DNA of 64,000 nt, from positions 2,075,238 to 2,139,237 of the forward strand of contig NC_057754.1 of assembly GCF_004010195.1 (NCBI RefSeq), written 5' to 3'. Shown here piece after piece: positions 50,201-62,763 of the stretch (position 1 is its first letter; every line of letters starts with the position of its first letter). The notes under the pieces are model-generated. The model did not search any database. It had not been told where the DNA came from and was given only the letters and a program-made list of their open reading frames with translations. Source of the DNA: Chiloscyllium plagiosum (Eukaryota). A program made the position numbers and the translations under genes.

Positions 50201-53200
50201 TAAAGTTAAAAAAGGCCAATTTCCAACCTCTTCTTTGTTTCAGAGAATTGTGACTTTCTGGTTGGCTTCAAAAGTCAGGCATTATAAATGTTGCAAGGAA
50301 AATGTGTACAAACATGTTTAGTCTTCTACAGTCCAACCCCTTAAGGCTGCTTTCCAGTCTCCCCATGAAAGACTCCAAGAGAAGCATAGGCCATCACCTG
50401 TGAATATCTTCTGCTGCAGTCCCTTTATTCCCAGCTGAAATTGCACATTTTGCAATAGCATTATCCAAGATTTGGATGTTTAGAACTGTTGAAAACACTC
50501 ATTAGCGACTGGAAACTTGCAATATTATTTAAGTCAAGTGTTCATTAGCAGCAAGGATCTTGATTGAAGTGAATGCGCTAAGGTCTGCCTTACTAATTTA
50601 GCTCATCACCGTGGATTCATTACAGATTGGTGAATTTCTAAAAATACTCTTTACACTTTTTAAAATTCATAACGGAATTTCATTCCTGATATCCTAGAAA
50701 GAAATGCAGTAATGAACAAGGCAGGTCAGGCTGCTTAGTTGGATTATTCTCCCAGATCTTCAAGCTCCTGACAAACGAGTTATATACTTACTCATTTTCC
50801 AGAACTTGCTTTGAAATGGAAAGCATATAAGTTTTATTATCACTTTTAATAAGGTCTCTAATTGAGGTCTTTTTATGTACATTTGTGAAACATCATACAG
50901 TGAGCCATTTTATTTCCTCTTTGGTTAAAACCAAGAAATATGAGGGCAACATTGTTTAATAAAATTGAGTTTTTTTATCCAGATTAAAATAAGAACTTGA
51001 AATTAAAAAAAACTGAGTGTGTTGGAAATTGAAATCTCGCCTCTCAGTATCTGAAGGAGAAGAGACTGGTTTATGATCTTGACATAGAAGCTGATCAAAC
51101 GTTAACCTGTCTTTCCTGTCATGAGAAGCACTGTGCATTTACACATTTTCTACTTCCATAGTTCTGTGTTTAATCTACAAGTAATTTTGTAGTCATTGCA
51201 GTTCGAAATAATTTCAAACAAAGGCTTATTTAATTGTAACGCTTGTCTTTGTTACTCCCACTCACATTATCTCTGTCATTTAGACCTATGTCTTGACTAT
51301 TTTCACAGATACTCACTGTCTTGTTAGCCAGATCTACCTTTCTTTCAGATTCTCTCTCATATCTCACTCTCAAATTCTCTTCTTCCCTTTCACACACTTT
51401 CTCTTATCGCTTTTCACCCTTAACTTGTTTCTGTTTCACTCTGTTCACATCTCCCTGTTTTTTAGGTTGATCTTGTGTTCTCTTAAATTGCCTCTGTCAA
51501 ATGCTTTCATGCCCTTTCCTTCGTGCTTCACTGTCTCCATCGTTTCCTTTTGGAGCTGTTCAAATTCTAGAACCAGGCCACTCACAAGGCAAATCTCAGC
51601 AAGCAAGTCTTCATACAAAGGGTAGTGAATAGTTGGAACTCTTCCCCCAAAATGTTTCTGAGGCTGGGGTCAGTTGACAACTTCTAAACTGAGATTGATT
51701 GCTAGTTTCTGGTTGGATAAGGGGATGAAGGATTCTAGACCAAGGCAGGTAGTCGGGTTTAAGATGCAGATCAACTGTGATCTTACTAAATAGCAGAAAT
51801 AGATTTGAGGGGCTGAATAATCATCTCCTGGTTCTGTGTTTTTGTAACTTTTCCCCAAGGCTGCAAAACATATGTACCACATCAGTCCTGGGTGCTGCCA
51901 AATGCCACATCCCCTTTCAGAAGGGCAGTAGACCCAGTTCCCTCCTCCTCCCCATGTCTGCCTTGAAGCTGCCATCAGATTTCACTACATGCCAGGAACT
52001 ATCTCTGCCAAAATCTGTTAAAATTCTTCTATTAGAGTAAACTTGCCATACATCCTGAGCTTTATCACAAGTTCAAGATAATATCTGTTTCTTTTCCTAC
52101 ACCAAGAAGTAATTAATAATAACATTTAAAATGAAGATTTTGTAGAAACAAAATCATAGAATCTTATCCTTGAAATTATTGCTGAAAATCTCCAGAACAC
52201 CAATTAATACAATCATTATTTGATCAATTCAATCGCCATACCTCCATATTCCTGACAATAACACAATGAAAGAACACCCAATTGTGTGAGAAAAGTTCTC
52301 AGCATAAGGGATAAGCCATAATGACCAAGATGGGGAGGAATTCCTTCACTCAGATGATATGGTGTAATTCATCTCTACTCCAGAGAGCTGTGGGAAATCA
52401 ATCACATTCACACAGAGATTGCTAAGTTTCTAGTTACTAACAGCATCAAGGAATAGATTATTGTTAGGCAAGGGCATCAAAGATTATTGGGAGTAGGCAA
52501 TTTGAAACACAAACAGACCAGCCATGATCTTATTGAATAGTGGAGCAGGCTCGAAGGACCGAATGGCCTAGCCCTGATTCTAATTCGTGTGCTCGTATAT
52601 AAAGATTACACAGGAAAATGAAATAGAGGCAAATATCAGCTGTGATCTAGAACTTCTGGCTCTTGGTGAGAAATGCTGTAGGAAAACATGTTTGTCATCC
52701 TCCAGGGATCCACTTTGTCACCAGTTCAAAACAATCTTAAAGGAAAAGAAAGCCAGTCATTAACTGTAAAGCGTCACGGTTATATCTGCTCCCTGATTAA
52801 TGCCCTCTGACTTTGGCATAATTACCTAGATTTGCTTGTTCTCAGCTTTGACCTTAAAGACAGAAGCATCAGGACAGATTGCCCAGCAGCAGTACCATGC
52901 AACATTCATTGCCAGTTCATGTGAGTGAGGAGGACAATATCATTCTGCTGAGGCAATAGGATTCTGAGCTTTTCAGCATGTGATTTTAATAAAGACAGTG
53001 TGTACTTAAAGAAAGACAGGTTTATGGGAAGTGTCCCCAGGAATACAACCTACTCTTTAACCCCTAAAGCCTGGGAGCAATCAGCAATTATTCAGGTTAA
53101 GATAAGGAGCCCATCAATTGGCACAAACCTTTGTTTCACCTTGAGCTGCTTTGCAGAGCTGGTGAAGGATTTATTGCCGGAATAAAACTATATGATGGTC

Positions 53201-53641
53201 AATAAGCACACCCTCAGTGACATAGTGTTTAATAGATGTCATACTGTGTGATAATTACATTGTACATAATTAATATGCCTTATATATTGAACTATCTGAC
53301 AGTGTAATTGCAAGCATTCTGTTAATTGATAAAGTTTGATTTGTTTTAATAGCAAGCTAAAAAAGGAACCTGTTTCTGTGCAGGCCATATGATAGGTATC
53401 ACATGCCTATTTTGGAGGCAGAAGAAAAGCTGTGCCTCTATTAACACTCCATTTTCTCTTCTCCCATTCTCTCTCCAATAATAAATTAAGCCATGTTCGG
53501 TGCGAATAGGTCTATTGGCAGTACTCAAGGTTCAGGAGTTTGAATGACTGGAATGGCTTCATCATGAGATGGAAAAAAAACTTAAAGTTGCATTCTGTGG
53601 TTTGAAGAAAAGCAGGACTGAAGTTAAACTGACCGTGCTTC

Positions 53642-53810
53642 CATAGAACATAGAACAATACAGCACAGAACAGGCCCTTCGGCCCACGATGTTGTGCCGA
53701 ACATTTGTCCTAGCTTAAGCACCCATCCATGTACCTATCCAATTGCCGCTTAAAGGTCACCAAAGATTCTGACTCTACCACTCCCACAGGCATCGCATTC
53801 CATGCCCCCA
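53642..53810 (-). mobile_element. CR1 3' terminal fragment
   Basis: (catagaa)n tail and caggcccttcggcccacgatg. Confidence 0.85.
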
Positions 53811-54300
53811 ATCTGGCAGCTAGTTCTGTTTGACCAAGTTGTGTTGCACCACTGCTGCAACATAAAGTTTACACATACAACATGAAATATTTTCAACACA
53901 TTTCACTGTTGCAGAGGCAGAGTGTGCTATGAAGAGCCAAGAAAACTTCCCCGAAGGGACGATGGACAGCAAGTTTGAGAAGGCCAGCATTTCAAATTTA
54001 AATGCAATTGGCCAAAGACAACAGAACTGAAGCATGCAGCAGCTCATGGTGATTGCCTGACCTCTTACAAGAGAATTGTGCACAAAGATTTGTAAAAAGA
54101 AGTAATAACAAGTAAATAACAATCAACATGGAATCTAGAGGTTTCCGTGCAGTTGGTAAATAACAGGAATTTGTAAATAGAGTGGAGAAAACATACCAAG
54201 ATGTTTTCATAGAGGTGTAGTCACGAAAATGATTGGGTGCCAATCAAAGGATATATGAGAAGTTGGATATTACAATTATGTGTTTTGTAAGATTGTTAAG

Positions 54301-54492
54301 ATTGACAACCGGAAGCGGCAGGGACAGGCCACTATAAATGCCGGAGGAAACACCACAGAAGTGCTTCACAGGAGGCTCCCAAGCACTGAGGATGTCACCT
54401 AGACAGGGGACGAAACGTTTGCAACAAAAACCTCCAGCTCGGCGAACAGAACCACAGCAACGAGCACCCGAGCTACAAATCTTCTCACAAAC
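54301..54492 (+). mobile_element. Poseidon-like PLE 3' fragment with hammerhead motif (54383-54423)
   Basis: Same family as 9818-10936; GCA CTGAGGA TGTC..GAC GAAAC GTT TGC; TSD attgttaag at 54292-54300 and 54493-54501. Confidence 0.88.
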
Positions 54493-54667
54493 ATTGTTAA
54501 GTTTTAGAACTGTCTTTTACCAAAGATAAAATGAAGGGGGCCTTGTAACCTTTTCTGAACTCTGCCTGATTGCAAGCCTGGATGTTTTGAATATTAGAGA
54601 TTAGAGAGCTCAGGTTGGCTTCCTCAGAAGGTACAAGGTGTTATTCTTGACGAAAATGGTAGCAGTT

Positions 54668-54975
54668 TAGAACATAGAACATAGAACATAGAAGAATACA
54701 GCGCAGTACAGGCCCTTCGGCCCTCGATGTTGCGCCGATCCAAGCCCACCTAACCTACACTAGCCCACTATCCTCCATATGCCTATCCAATGCCCGCTTA
54801 AATGCCCATAATGAGGGAGAGTCCACCACTGCTACTGGCAGGGCATTCCACGAACTCACGACTCGCTGAGTAAAGAACCTACCCCTAACATCTGTCCTAT
54901 ACCTACCCCCCCTTAATTTAAAGCTATGCCCCCTTGTAATAGCTGACTCCATACGTGGAAAAAGATTCTCACTGT
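54668..54975 (-). mobile_element. CR1 3' fragment, young
   Basis: RGHSFKL..FFTQRVVSSWNALP; (catagaa)n tail. Confidence 0.9.
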
Positions 54976-55637
54976 GGGGTTGTAGGTTCAGTTATATGGA
55001 AAAGGCTAAAGGAGGATGCTCAACAGAGGTCATATAAGTTTCTAAAGCAAGCAATAGAACCGTGAGTATAGGGTCAGGAATCTAACTTCACACACAACAG
55101 ATAAGAGGACATCTATGAGAAGGGGGCCAGTCAATGCAGGACTGAAGGTGTTGTATTAAAATGCACAGAATATATGAAATAAGGTAAATGAGCTTAAAGT
55201 CCAATTGAAATTGACAGGAAGTTGTGGATATCACAATAACATGGCTGCTAGAGGATCAGGCATGGGACCTCAGGGTTACCTTGTTAGTAAGAAAGGAAAT
55301 TTAATCAATAGCAAGAAGTGAAGAGTTGAATCAGAAGGTATAGAATTTCTGTGGGTACTATTGAGGACCCATGAAGGAAAAAGACTGATGGGAGTTATGT
55401 ACAAGTTTCGTAGCTATAGATAAGATGTAGAGAAGAAAATAAATCAGGAGATAAAAAAGACAAGTAAGAAAGGCAATATTACAATAATTATTGGAAACTT
55501 TAATATGCAGGTAGACTGGGAAAATCAGGTTAGTAGCAGATCTGAAGAAGAGGACTCTGTGGAATGTCTATAAGATTTTTTTGGAGCAGCTTGTGGTAGA
55601 GCCCATTAGGGAACAGGCACTTCTGATTTGGTGATAA

Positions 55638-55996
55638 TTAGAGTCATAGAGTCTTAGAGATGTACAGCATGGAAACAGACCCTTCGGTCCAACCCGTCCA
55701 TGCCGACCAGATATCCCAACCCAATCTAGTCCCACCTGCCAGCACCCGGCCCATATCCCTCCAAACCCTTCCTATTCANNNNNNNNNNNNNNCCCTTAGG
55801 TCTCTTTTATATCTTTCCCCTCTCACCCTAAACCTATGCCCTCTAGTTCTGTACTCCCCAACCCCAGGGAAAAGACTTTGCCTATTTATCCTATCCATGC
55901 CCCTCATAATTTTGTAAACCTCTCTATGGTCACCCCTCAGCCTCCGACGCTCCAGGGAAAACAGCTCCAGCCTGTTCAGCCTCTCCCTGTAGCTCA
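55638..55996 (-). mobile_element. Young CR1/HER1 3' fragment nested antisense; contains assembly gap 55779-55792
   Basis: Closely similar to 12780-13220; 14 N bases. Confidence 0.92.
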
Positions 55997-58064
55997 GATA
56001 TTTAATGAGGCAAATTTGATTAGGGGGCTTAAAGTGAAGGGAGCCCCTCGGTGCGAATGACTGTAATATGATAGAAGTCACCCTGCAGTTTGAGAGGGAG
56101 AAACTGGATCAGATGTAATGGTATTACAATTAAATAAAGGTAACTACAAAGACATGAGGGTGGAGCTGCCCAGAGTTGATTGGAAGGGGATCTTAGCAGG
56201 GAAGATGGTGGAACAGCAATGGCAGGACCTTTTGTGGGTAATACAAGAGGCACTGCAGAAATTCATCCCAAGGAAGAAGAAACATTCTAAGGGAAGGCTG
56301 AGGCAACCATGGCGGAGAAGGGAAGTCAGGGGCAGTATAAAACCAAAAGAAAACGCTGACCATGTGGTGAAGATTGGTGGGGAGCCAAAGGATTGGGAAG
56401 CCTGTAAAAACCAACAAAGATAACTACAAAAGTAAAAAGAGGTGAGAATATTAAATATGAGAGTAAGTTAACTCAGAAAAGAAGAGTAAAATGCCTAAAA
56501 GACGAGTGAGGCTGGAGAGGTAGTGATGGGGAACAAAGAAATGGCAGAGAAACTAATAGGTGCATAGCATCAGTTTTCATGGTGGAAGACACCAGCAGCA
56601 TGCCAGAACTCAAGAGAATCAGGAGATAGAGGTGAGTATAGTGACCATCACTACAGAGAAGGTGCTGGGAAAGCTGAACAGTCTGAAGGCCAATACATTG
56701 CCTGGGCCAGATGGACTGCATCCCAGAAATCTGAAGGAGACAGATGAGGAGATTGTACAGGCATTAGTAGTTATCTTTCGAGAATCACTGGAGTCAGGAG
56801 GATCCCAGATAACTGGAAAATGGCTAATGTAGTACCCCTGTTTAAGAAGGGAGGGAGGCAGAAAACTATTATTAAGGAAGAAATCGCAGAGTATGCGGAA
56901 GTGCATGGTAAAATAGGACGGAGTCAGTCTGGCTTTCTCTAGCATCTGCAGTCCTCACTTTCTCCTTTGTCAAGGGGAGGTCATGCCTGACAAATCTGTG
57001 AAAATTCTTTGAGGAGATAACAAGCAATTTAGACAAAGAAGATCCAGTGGAAGTAATCTGTTTGGATTTCCAGATGGCCTTTGAAAATGTAGTAAACAGA
57101 GGCTGCTAAGTAAGAGAACAGCCCATGGTGTTAGGGGCAGGGTACTGGCATAGATGCAAAGTTGGCTGACTGGCAGAAAGCAGAGAGTGGGGATAAAGGG
57201 TTCTTTTTCAGGATGGTAGCCGGTGACCAATGGAGTTCCGCAGTAGTCAGACTTGGGACTACAACTATTCACATTAACATTAACAATCTGGATGAAGCAA
57301 ATGAAGGCATTATTGACATGTTTGCAGATAACACAAAGATACATGGAGGGACAGAGCATACTGAGGAAGCAGGGAGGCTGCAGAAGGACTTGGACTGGCT
57401 AGGAAAGTGGGCAAAAAAGTGGCAGATGGAATACAATTTGGGAAAGGGTGAGGAATTTTGATAGGAAGAATAGATGTTAGGCTACTTTCTAAATGGTGAC
57501 AGGCTTCAGAAATCTGAAGCTTATAGAGACTTAGGAGACCTAGTTGAGGATTCGTTTAAGGTTAACATGCAAGTTGATAGTTCAGGAGGCAAATACAATG
57601 TTAGCATTCATTTCAAGAGGGCTAGAATACAAGAGCAGAGATGTACTGCTGAAGCTGTATAGGGCTCTGGCCAGACCGCATTTGGAATATTGTGAGCAAG
57701 TTTGGGTCCCACATCTTATGAAAGATGTACAGTGTTGGAGAGGGTCCAGAGGTGGCTTACAAGAGTGATCCCAGGGAAGAAGAGCCTGTCATATGAGGAG
57801 TGGTTGAGGACTTTGAGCCTGTACTCGATGGAGTTCAGAAGGATGAGGGGGAACCTGATTGAAACTTACAGAATAATGAGAGGTCTGGGTAAAGTGGACA
57901 TAGAGAAGATGTTTCCACTAGTAGGAGAGACTAGGCCCTGAGGGCACAGCCTCAGAATAAAGGAATGACCCTTTAGAACTGAGATGAGGAGGAATTTCTT
58001 TAGCCAGAGGGTGGTTAATCTGTGGAATTCACTACCAAGGCCAGGTCATTGAGTGTATTTAAGA

Positions 58065-58409
58065 TGTAGAGGTGCCTGCGTTTGACTGGGGTGGACAAAG
58101 TTAAAAATCACACAACACCAGGTTACAGTCCAACAGGTTTATTTGGAAGCACTAGCTTTTGGAGCACCGCTCCTTCATCAGGTAAATAGTGGGGCAGGAT
58201 CATAAGGCACCGAATCTATGGCAAAAAGATCAGTGTTATGCAATTTGTTCAATATATTGTTTTAATTGAATAACACTGTGATCTTTTGCTATAAATTCTG
58301 TGTCTTATGATCCTGCCCCGCTAGTTACCTGATGAAGGAACAGTGCTCTGAAAGCTAACATTTCCAAATAAACCTGTTGGGCTATAAGCTGGTGTTGTCT
58401 GATTTTTAA
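58065..58409. mobile_element. Palindromic PLE element (third family) with a hammerhead motif in each arm
   Basis: Arms ~58101-58240 and ~58268-58409; ctgatgaaggaacagtgctctgaaagcta at 58329-58357; TSD gagtKtatttaaga at 58051-58064 and 58410-58423. Confidence 0.88.
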
Positions 58410-59149
58410 GAGTTTATTTAAGACAGAGATAGGTTCTTGATTAGTAACAGGATAAAATGTTATGGGGAGAAGGTAGGAGAATAGGATTGAGAACATCAAA
58501 CATTCAAAACACTCAAGCAAAGTACTGTGGTTCACAACACAGGATTGCAGGTGGATGCTGACACTTGAATTGTAATGGCTACATTTGTGGAGTGATAGAA
58601 AAAGGCTGGAAGATTTGTCCAGCTTTAGATAAAGGGAGAAGTCCAAAGGCGAAATGGAGCATGAAAGAATGTTCTGGAGTTCAGTGTTTGCAAGCTGGGA
58701 AAGAAAGCAATCAGAAGTAAACATTTGGAAGCTAAGAATCATCTTGGACTTCTTGTGGGAGAATTGACTGTGTACTTAAAGGATATAGGCCAAATGCTGG
58801 AAAGTGGGACTAGATCTGGTCAGCATGGACAGGTTGGACTGAAGGGTCTGTTTCTGTTCTGTCATCTCTATGACTCTATGACAGTGGAAAGTGTACTTGT
58901 GAAGTGTGTTTTATCGATTGTGCTAAAAGTAAAATGGGAAAATGCTGTTCTATGCATTAAAATATGTTCCTCACAAAAACATAATTTTGGAAAAAGTGCT
59001 TTTAGTCTGGTGTTATAGGAACAGTTTAGTCTGGTGTTACAGCAACAGTTTAAACATGGTTGTCATGGCATCCTTTCAGTTATCAACTTGTGTTCTGAAG
59101 AAGAGGAGGAATTCATGAATGTTGGGCCTAGATAGCTGAAGACTCATAA

Positions 59150-59515
59150 CTGGAGTGGGAAAGTTTTCTTATGAGATAGGATTGGACAAGCCAAGCTTGT
59201 AGCTGCTAGAATTTAAGAAGAGTAAAAGCCATCTTGACTGAAACATACAAGGTCCTACAGATCTTGACAGGATGGATGTGGAGGGGAGAATCTAGAACTA
59301 GGGGTCACTGACTTCCATTTAAGCAGAAACATGAAGAAATCTTATCTCACAGAGGGTGGTGTGTTGAGGTAGATTGTGATAAGGATGTGTGGATGAAAAG
59401 TTACCATGAGTATTCAGGAGCATGGAATAATCAGATCAGCCATGATCTTATTGAATGATGGAGTAGGCTCAAGGGAGAGAGTGACCTACTCCTCCTAATT
59501 CATATCTTTGTATTT
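59150..59515 (+). mobile_element. Old CR1 3' fragment
   Basis: tctagaactaggggtcac..cagatcagccatgatcttattgaat. Confidence 0.7.
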
Positions 59516-60504
59516 AGAGCAAGAGAGGTCTGGGGAACAGTAGAACTGGAGAAAATGAAATAGCTAATCAGGTCAAGATAATGAAGGAATTAATTGCTGT
59601 TGCTTGCAGCTGCCAATGAGCTGGTGTAGAGGTGGAGGTGGGCAATGCTGTGGAGGTAGGCAGACATTTTGATGAAAGGATACGGGTGTAAAAAACCAGC
59701 CTGAGACTGATGAGGAGCTTGGATTAAGCCGAAGAAATGTGTTGCGTGGTCTGAAGAAAATTGGTTTGGTTTGTCCAATGGTTAACATTTAATGAGAATT
59801 GAGAGGGTGACTGTGTATACAGCTAACAGAAAATTCATAGTAGTTATCAAACAGAGAGAGCTTGAGTTTGACTTGATAAGGAACACACATAATTGCAGCT
59901 GTTTGCTCAGGTCAAATGGTAGAACGTACAATCTAAGGGAAGCCTACACATCCACAGCCCAAAGCACAAATCAAGCCAAGATCTGCTTCAGACCAAGCAA
60001 AGATGTTAATCCAGTTGTGGGTGGAAAGAGCCATGACAGTGAGGGAAGGAGCTTACTGGAATGAAATGTAAAGTGAGGAAAAGATTGTTGATCTGCTCGT
60101 AGGGTCTAAGGAGGTAGTGATAAGATGGGTAAACTAGATGCAAAGAAAGTTGGACAGATTAGTTCCCAGTCAATACAACCTTTGAGTCACATATATGAGG
60201 TAACTCCCAGTTTTACTCATGGTGCGAGTTCATTCACTGATTTCAAGGTGGGATAGTGTCCTGGGTAATAGAGGTGAAAATATAAACACAGATTCCTGCT
60301 CCTTATAACTGTCTGGTGACTTTTGTTGGAGAGTGTATATTTGAGAATAAAGTCAGGCTCAGCTGTGAGACTCTGTTTCAGTAATGTGTTATTGCTCTCT
60401 GTCTTTTATCCTTCATGAAGTTAAGTTGTTTGGAGGATGGTACCTGCACATCATTCCCCAGCAAGAGTCAATGCCTTCACAACAAAACGGAGGAAAAATG
60501 GATA

Positions 60505-60804
60505 AGATTAGATTAGATTAGATTCACTACAGAGTGGAAATAGGCCCTTTGGCCCAACCAGTCCACACCGACCCTCCGAAGAGTAACCCACCCAGATCCA
60601 CTTCCCCTCTGACTAATGCACCTAACACTATGGGCAATTTAGCATGGCCAATTCACCTGACTTGCACATCTTTCGACTCCCGGAGGAAACCCACGCAGAC
60701 ACAGGGAGAATGTGCACACTTCACACAATCGCCCGAGGCTGGAATTAAACCCGCGTCCCTGGTGCTGTGAGGCAGCAGTGTTAACCACTGAGACACTGTG
60801 CTGT
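60505..60804 (-). mobile_element. HE1-type V-SINE
   Basis: (agatt)n tail, V core, tRNA head. Confidence 0.92.
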
Positions 60805-61370
60805 CCTCTACTCTAATGTTTCTACTCTACAAACTTCCCTTTTTTTTCACAAAACCAGTGCTCTCATGTTTTCCTTTAGCTTCTCTCCTCTATTTTTCTT
60901 TGTCCTCTCAGATGTCATCACATTTATAAATAGCTCATTCTCAAATGCTATGTCAGTACCTTGGGTGAGGTTTCTCCAGTCTGTTACAGTTTCAGATGGT
61001 ATACCCTAAATTGTCAACCTCCCTGATAAGGTAGGGTGAATTGTTTCCTCTTCTTTATTCACCCACCTTCTTGATTGGTCACAACAAAGTGAATTTACAA
61101 AAGCTCCCTACCTTACAATGTTGTCTCTAAGCTATGAGCTACACATGCTGATAGGCGTGCTGATGCGTTGTCTTTTGCTTTTGGAAGTCACTGCCGTATA
61201 TCAACAGAAGAGATCTGCACCTCAGAAAAAATAATTAGAGAGAACTTTACTCCCTTGGAGATGCCTTTTCTTAGGTCATTCAAATTTGTGCTTTAAGAGG
61301 AGTTAATTTATCCAGGCTTTCTTGAGTTAACAAAAGATTAAGTTTATTGGTTACTTACTGCAAGAAGAAA

Positions 61371-61699
61371 CAGCAGCACAGTGGCTCAGTGGTTAGCACC
61401 ACTGTCTCACAGCACTAGCGACCCGGGTTTGATTCCAACCTTGGGTGACAGTCTGTGTGGAGTTTGCACAATCTCCCCGTGTCTGTGTGGGTTTTCTCTG
61501 GGTACTGTGGTTTCCTCCCACAGTCCAAAGATGTTCAGGTTAGGTAGATTGGCCAATGTTAAATTGTCCATAGTGATTGGGAATGTGTAACTTAGGAGGA
61601 TTAGCCATGGAGGGTGTGGGTGTGGGTGGGATGCTCTTTGGAGGGTCGGTGTGGACTCGATGGGCCGAATGGCTTCCTCACTGATCTATGATTCTATGA
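61371..61699 (+). mobile_element. HE1-type V-SINE
   Basis: gtggctcagtggttagcac head; tail ctatgattctatga. Confidence 0.92.
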
Positions 61700-62174
61700 A
61701 ATAATAACACAGTATACATGTGCGTAGGTTAGAAATGAGAAGGGTGATTTAAAAAGATAAAAGCTAAAAGATATATGGGTCAGTCTCTGGGTCATGAGTA
61801 AAAAATAGATAATGGTCTTTGATAGTTAAGTAGATGACTTCAGGATTTTTGTCTTTGCAGGTGGGTTAAAATTCTTTTCTAAGTTTCCATTTGATGGTAG
61901 CTGGCCTCCTGACTTGACTAGTGGATGGTTCTTTGTACTTTCCCAGTACATTGGTGGTTATGCATGAGTGCCTCAACCCACTGGCTCAACTGAGCCCCTC
62001 AGGTCATCAGCTCATCTTCTTTCACTAACACACATAAACTAAGGGTGAACTGGCTTCTAACCTCTGTTCTTGGACATTCTTGTTGAGGGGAAGACACAAG
62101 ACATGTTTCTCACCAAGACTACTGTCTTTTCTTCCATTGTGTATAGTCTGAGATCACTCAGGAGATTAGGATTA

Positions 62175-62332
62175 AATAAAACAAAGAAGTGTAGGGCTGG
62201 AGATCTGAAAGAAACAAAGACAGAAATTGCTGGAGAAACTCAGCAGGACTGCAGCATCTCTGAAGAGAAAAATGACAACATTTCATGTCTTCAACACTTC
62301 AGAAACTTCTCCAGCAATTTGTTTTTATTTGT
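62175..62332. mobile_element. Old PLE pLTR hairpin remnant
   Basis: aaattgctggagaaa ... ttctccagcaattt inverted arms with a left-side tail. Confidence 0.55.
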
Positions 62333-62554
62333 CCCCGGAGATAACAGCTCAATTTATAGTGCAATACCCCCTTTTGAGTTCATCCCTTTGAAGCTTTGAC
62401 ATCAGGTGTGACATTGTGGGGTCTCTCTCTCCCTAAAGTGCCACTGAATTTAAATCTGCACAAATTTGTTTGGCTGTAGCAGTCCTTTGTTTAAAAAATA
62501 CACTTGGAATTAGAAGTTCCAAATGCCTGTAGGTGATCCTGGGTTGCAACCTGT

Positions 62555-62763
62555 AGTTAGAATCACAGAATCCCTACAGTGTGGAAGCAGGTATTTGGCC
62601 CATTGGGTCCACACCAACCTTCGAAAGAGCATCCTACGCAGACCCATTCTCCCTACACCCTCCCTATAACCCTGCATTTCCCATGGCTAACGCACCTAGC
62701 CTGCACATCCCTAGACAATATGGGCAATTTAGCTTGACCAATCAGTCTGCACATCTTTGGACA
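62555..62763 (-). mobile_element. HE1-type SINE 3' half
   Basis: Similar to 11640-11860. Confidence 0.85.

Larger units (their letters stand above)
55120..58505 (+). mobile_element. Long decayed CR1 spanning most of ORF2 (APE and RT), with three nested inserts
   Basis: LKVLY*NAQNI*NK start, GNFN, PGPDGLHPR, FADNTK, LEYCEQVW motifs. Confidence 0.9.

Noticed and set aside
59570..60200. Possible L2 fragment
   Set aside because: Too decayed to support with a translated motif.
61371..61445. tRNA genes (also 30971, 25420-25491, 60730-60804)
   Set aside because: These are tRNA-derived SINE heads continuous with HE1 bodies.
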